64,000 nucleotides of DNA from Chiloscyllium plagiosum. Taxonomy: Eukaryota. Under the pieces are notes generated by a model. That model was given only the letters and a program-made list of their open reading frames with translations, had not been told where the DNA came from and did no database searches. Below, piece by piece: positions 59,606-64,000 of this stretch (within the stretch, counting starts at the first letter, position 1; each line of letters starts with the position of its first letter). The stretch covers positions 25,025,248 to 25,089,247 of the forward strand of contig NC_057749.1 of the NCBI RefSeq assembly GCF_004010195.1, given 5' to 3'. The translations under genes and the position numbers were made by a program.

Positions 59606-62600
59606 ATAAATATTGGGCACCTAGGCAATAAGACAATTGGTACTCACAAGTGGTAGGATGTTCTTCTATTTTATCTAATTTTCCAGGTTTGAATCCTTTG
59701 GTTGTGTAAAATCCCTTTCTTTTGGTGAGATCTCCTAAACTTTCAAGATACCTTTTAAGACCTGGCTTGCCTTGACCATGTATCTTAAAGTAAGCCCCCA
59801 ACTGAACATAGGACAATTCGTTTGGGGAGCTAGATGGCTACAAAAAAAAGCAAAGTCTAATTATTTAGAATGGGGAATGTTGAGCCACAAGATTGCTTGG
59901 ATCATGTCACTGTCTGCATAACTATTTTGGAAATATGGAATTTGGCAGTAACATTGACAATTGTTCATCTACATAAAATTGTTTTAATTGGTGTAAAGGA
60001 AGATTTGGAAAAAAGTGCAGGAAGACTTAATTGGATGAGTGACCAACCAACAGATCAAACTAGAGCTCTGTAATTGCGAATGGTGATGGATACTTTTGAA
60101 AAACCAGACCAAGAGGGTCATTAACCTCACCATCTTTCTGTACAGCCCACTACAAGTGCAAAAGGTGAGGTTGAAGCCTTTATAAATATTTTGTGCCGTG
60201 TGGGGTTCGGATGATTTGTCTTCAGTCTGTCTCTCTCGAGCTAGTGTTGATTTTCAGGACATATATGGTTGAGCCCATGATCCTCAAAGCCTTGTTATGC
60301 CTAAATGAAATGCTGAAGACTTGCGCTCGAGAGCTAACTGTGCTAGTAAGCTGGTCAAGTATAGCTAGAATCTAATATTGCAAAATTGCCCGTTCTAAAT
60401 AATGGGAAATAAACAGATTTCCCCCTACCACCATGAAAGATAAACTGTAGATTTGCCTGCAAGCTGCACACTGTCCTGATTTGGTGCAGCAACATTGGCC
60501 CCTTCAGTATCTCGGTCAGAGTTTTGGAAATCCCTCTTAATAGCAATATGGGGTCCCTAATGCAGGGCCTTCAGTTCAGGCAGGCTCACTGCACCACTTT
60601 GTGAGGGCTATTAAGGGTGGACAAGAAATGGTGCTCTTATCAGCAATGCCCATGGAGTTTTTGTTTTGTTTTATGCTTGTTTTTGTTTGTATTCAGCTAG
60701 CACCATTTGGCTGTATGCTGACCAAAGGCAGTAGCATTCTGACCGTGTTTGCTTGGTTTGCATCTCCTGGGCTTGGAGCAATCAGCCGACTATGTAGTCA
60801 ATAGGGAAAGAGTCACTGCCAGTAGAACAGTCAGCAGGGATTGATGTCATTTTGACATGCTGTTTTCCTAATCCTGAATATTATTGACAGTAAAGTTAAA
60901 GCCACATGTCTGAGCTTTGGGTACCTACACACACACACTCACACCTAGAAAAAGGAATGGGAGTTTGATCAAAATGGAAGAGCTGACCCATGTGAGCTCC
61001 TGGATGGTTTGAGCAAGGCCTTCAGCCTGTCAGCAGGAGACTGTCCACTGGTCCTAGGGGTAAAGTCATGGTCTTCCCTTCTGCTTAAATTCAGCTGGAT
61101 GTTCAAGTCTTGCTCTGTAAAGGTCACTGTGAGCTGCTGTCTTAGTCCATTATGTGGTATGCCTATAATGCTGTCCAAAGGAAGTTTGAGAAGCCATCAC
61201 TTTGGTCAAGTTTTGATTCATTTTGCCAAATAATTGGAACAAGTGAATGGCCACTGAGCAAACTGGTGTTTGTCCTGTCTTAAAGAACATTTGTTCACTT
61301 CAGGAGATATTAAAAGGACTTGCCTTAACTCCGTAATCTTTGGTTTTATGTCTCTATGGGTTCTTCTGTTCTGGTTGGTGTTAGGACATTACTTCCTGAG
61401 ATCCTAACCATGTGCAAAGCTCTTACACTGGCTTAGCTCTTTTTTCACTTTTCTCCATCCCATGTGGATCAATGAAATAATCTGTAGATGGGATGTAAAA
61501 CAGTATCTTTTTCCTTGCACTGTTCAATCATCTTATGATCTTTGGTATGAACTGTTTGTACTGCACACCTTTTCACTTTACTTAAGTACGTGACAATAAT
61601 ACATCAAGTTAAGTAATGATTCTGGACTAACTTCTCCAGTTGGGGAGAGAGAGCAAGATGCAAGTCATTTGCTCTGACAAAGATGTGAACTGGAGTTGAC
61701 TTGTTAGCTGGTTGCTGGTATAATTTTTCGGGGTAAGCCAGTTGAAGCCTGCCTATACCTAGATTAGGGTGCTGTCAACCTGTGGTTTTCTGTTACTGTA
61801 ACTTGCTGTACTGTTTCTGATGGACAACCACACAGATGATTTGGATAAATTCACTGCCATAAATTATTGTTCCTGGTCTGCATTATTGATGTCACATAGG
61901 GAAGAGACCTGATTTCTCTTAAACTGTTTATTGCATAGTATTTAATAGCTAGTTACATGAATGACTTGAGAAATTTTTAGACTTGCTTGAGAGTAGTGAC
62001 ATTAAGCTTAGCAGATAACTGGTGCTTGCAACTGGGAGCTAACTCCTCCCAGGAATAGTCTTAAAGATCCCTCTAGCCTGATATAATTTTGTCAGCTAAC
62101 CCTTTTTAGTTACTAGCTTATAGAAATAGAATGGTTTGAAAATCTTCATTGACATGCACAAACAGTACAGCTTAATGTACTCCACTGAATGTGAATGGGG
62201 CACATTGCAGATTCTCTCTAGTCCCATAGTATCTGTGGAGGATACTTTGGGTGAGTGACCTGGGATATGCTTTAATTGGATCAGTGTTAAATATCTCCCT
62301 GTCTGCAGATGCAAACTCTCATTTTCTCATGTCTGACAGTGTTTTTCTTCAGTCTCCTTCAGCGTTTCTGTTCTTTGGAGAAAGCTAGAGGGTGAGGGAG
62401 TGGGAAGAATAATTGTATGTAAGCAGGGGGAGGTTGCACAAACTGCAATTTCACTTCCTAAAATTACATGGAAAACCTATTTTACTTGCAGCTTCTGGTT
62501 TTAAATAAATGTAACTTTGACAGATGGGACTTCAAACCTCTATTATTGCACCTATCAGGCAAAGGGTTGACTTTAGTCTTCAGGTTTTGCAGTTCCATGT

Positions 62601-62768
62601 GAAAGCCAGGTTATAACTAGCAGAGCGCAAAGACCAGTTGATTTTTGATTTCAACTCACTGAAAGCTAGAAGCCGTTTAACACACGAAACTAATCTGCAT
62701 GTAATTTGCATTTTAAATTTCCAGCATAAGTTACCTGACGCACTTTGTTTCCTCATTTTTATTTCCAG

Positions 62769-62831
62769 CCAGTTGGCTTTGTTACATTTGACTGCAGAGT
62801 GGGAGCAGAAGCAGCGAAGAATGCATTAAAT
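62769..62831 (+). CDS. rbpms2: RBPMS-family gene, coding exon 4 (PVGFVTFDCRVGAEAAKNALN; RNP1)
   Basis: TTTATTTCCAG acceptor, 63 nt, donor AAT|GTAAGT. FVTFD..GAEAA fits RBPMS2 better than RBPMS (FVSFDSRSEAEAA). The gene continues beyond the window. Confidence 0.96.
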
Positions 62832-63218
62832 GTAAGTATTATACAGCATGTAACTGCATCCCTTTTAATGGGTGCATTCACAATTCAAGAAGGAAAAGAC
62901 TAATTTATTTCTTCATGCTTTCCATTTTTTTGGAGTACTGCTGGCAAACAAATTAATTTGCCTGGCTTCTCACAAGAAGTAAAATGGTAACCTCCCTCCA
63001 GTGTTATTAGAATGTCTTGAGGTTTTTGTTAAAATCTTCTGCTATAAGATGTTGGTGCAGATGCAGGCCATTCAGCACATCTCATTTCTCTTTTCTTCCC
63101 ACCCTCTTTTAGTAAACTTCTTTTTTGTTTCAATCAGCGTCTTGATGTTCTAACACCCATGGAGGGGGTGGGGCTTGAACCCTGGCTTTGACCATATCTG
63201 TACAACTCCTTAAGGGCA

Positions 63219-63365
63219 TACAGAGGAATCCCTATTGTGTGAAGGACACGGGCAGGGAATATTTCGATCAGTTAATCGAATTCCAGATAATCAAATGTCG
63301 GATAACATAGTTTAGTCAAACATTCGGATCTTGAAATTTCACTGGATAATCGAGGTTGCAGTGTA
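63219..63365. mobile_element. Short Tigger-like MITE
   Basis: TA-CAGAGGAATCCCTATT ... GATAATCGAGGTTGCAGTG-TA decayed TIRs, with internal GATAATC repeats. Confidence 0.65.
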
Positions 63366-64000
63366 CTCTATACTGATGGGATGTTTACATAGGAATTGGA
63401 AGCGGGTGTAGGCACTTCAGTCTCTCGAGCCCACTCCCTCATTTAACATCTTATCCTGGTCTAAACTCCACTCCCCTGTCTGCTTCCCATAGGTCTTTGT
63501 TCCTTCAGTGTAAATGTTCGGTTTTGTTGTGATCCGGACTGACCAGTGCGAACCTAAATGCTGTTGCCTAGGGACTTGGTGTAGCCTCTAGCAGGTGTTG
63601 AATTGAGCAGATTGTCGTGTTCGGCCCCTGCTCACATTAGTCTTTTGACTGAGGCTGACATATTGGCAGTGGAAGTTGAAGGATGACTTCCTCCAGGCCC
63701 TCCTGGCTGCTGCCCAGGATCTGTGTGGTGAATAGATTGCAGTGCAGACTGTTGCTGAATTTCCCTGTAACTTCCCTGGAACAATCTCCCCAGTGAGTGT
63801 CACTTGTCGAAAATTTAACTGCTGTGTTTGCACTTAGAAATATCCAGTTGATGTGATGATCTTTGTGGGAAGATCATACAGCGCAAGAGGCTAATGGACA
63901 AGTTCTCAGATTAGTTATCCTCCTATCCTTTTTACAAAGCCCAAATCCCAACAAATATTTATCCAATTTTCTTTTATTGAATCTGTTTTGATCCTTTTTA

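Noticed and set aside
62638..62829. 63-aa ORF over exon 4
   Set aside because: It is in a different frame from the RRM-coding exon and is relevant only to the hypothetical upstream acceptor.
1..64000. CRISPR arrays, operons or other prokaryotic systems
   Set aside because: The sequence is a spliced vertebrate locus, with no regularly spaced repeat-spacer array and no dense coding content.

Overview
This is vertebrate genomic DNA, almost certainly from a shark (elasmobranch), judging by the HE1/V-SINE and CR1 repeat content. The window holds the promoter and first four coding exons of an RBPMS-family RRM gene on the + strand, most likely rbpms2. The exons are 917-958, 37328-37405, 47634-47672 and 62769-62831, all phase 0 with GT-AG introns. 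The spliced peptide is [74 protein letters not shown], and the gene continues past the window end. The rest is intron filled with decayed transposons: HE1 SINEs, other tRNA-derived SINEs, CR1, L2 and Rex1 LINE fragments, TA-flanked MITEs, and a Penelope-like (PLE) GIY-YIG fragment. The most interesting signal is about 20 short (60-230 nt) inserts in three sequence families. Each family is built around a minimal type I hammerhead-ribozyme motif (CUGANGA-A-stemII-GAAA-palindromic stem III-UH). Many copies have their own 7-20 bp target-site duplications, and several are inserted as head-to-head palindromes. One copy with an intact core lies in the sense orientation of the pre-mRNA at 52194-52228. 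One family is physically attached to the PLE endonuclease fragment. Repeat boundaries and family names are by eye and approximate.
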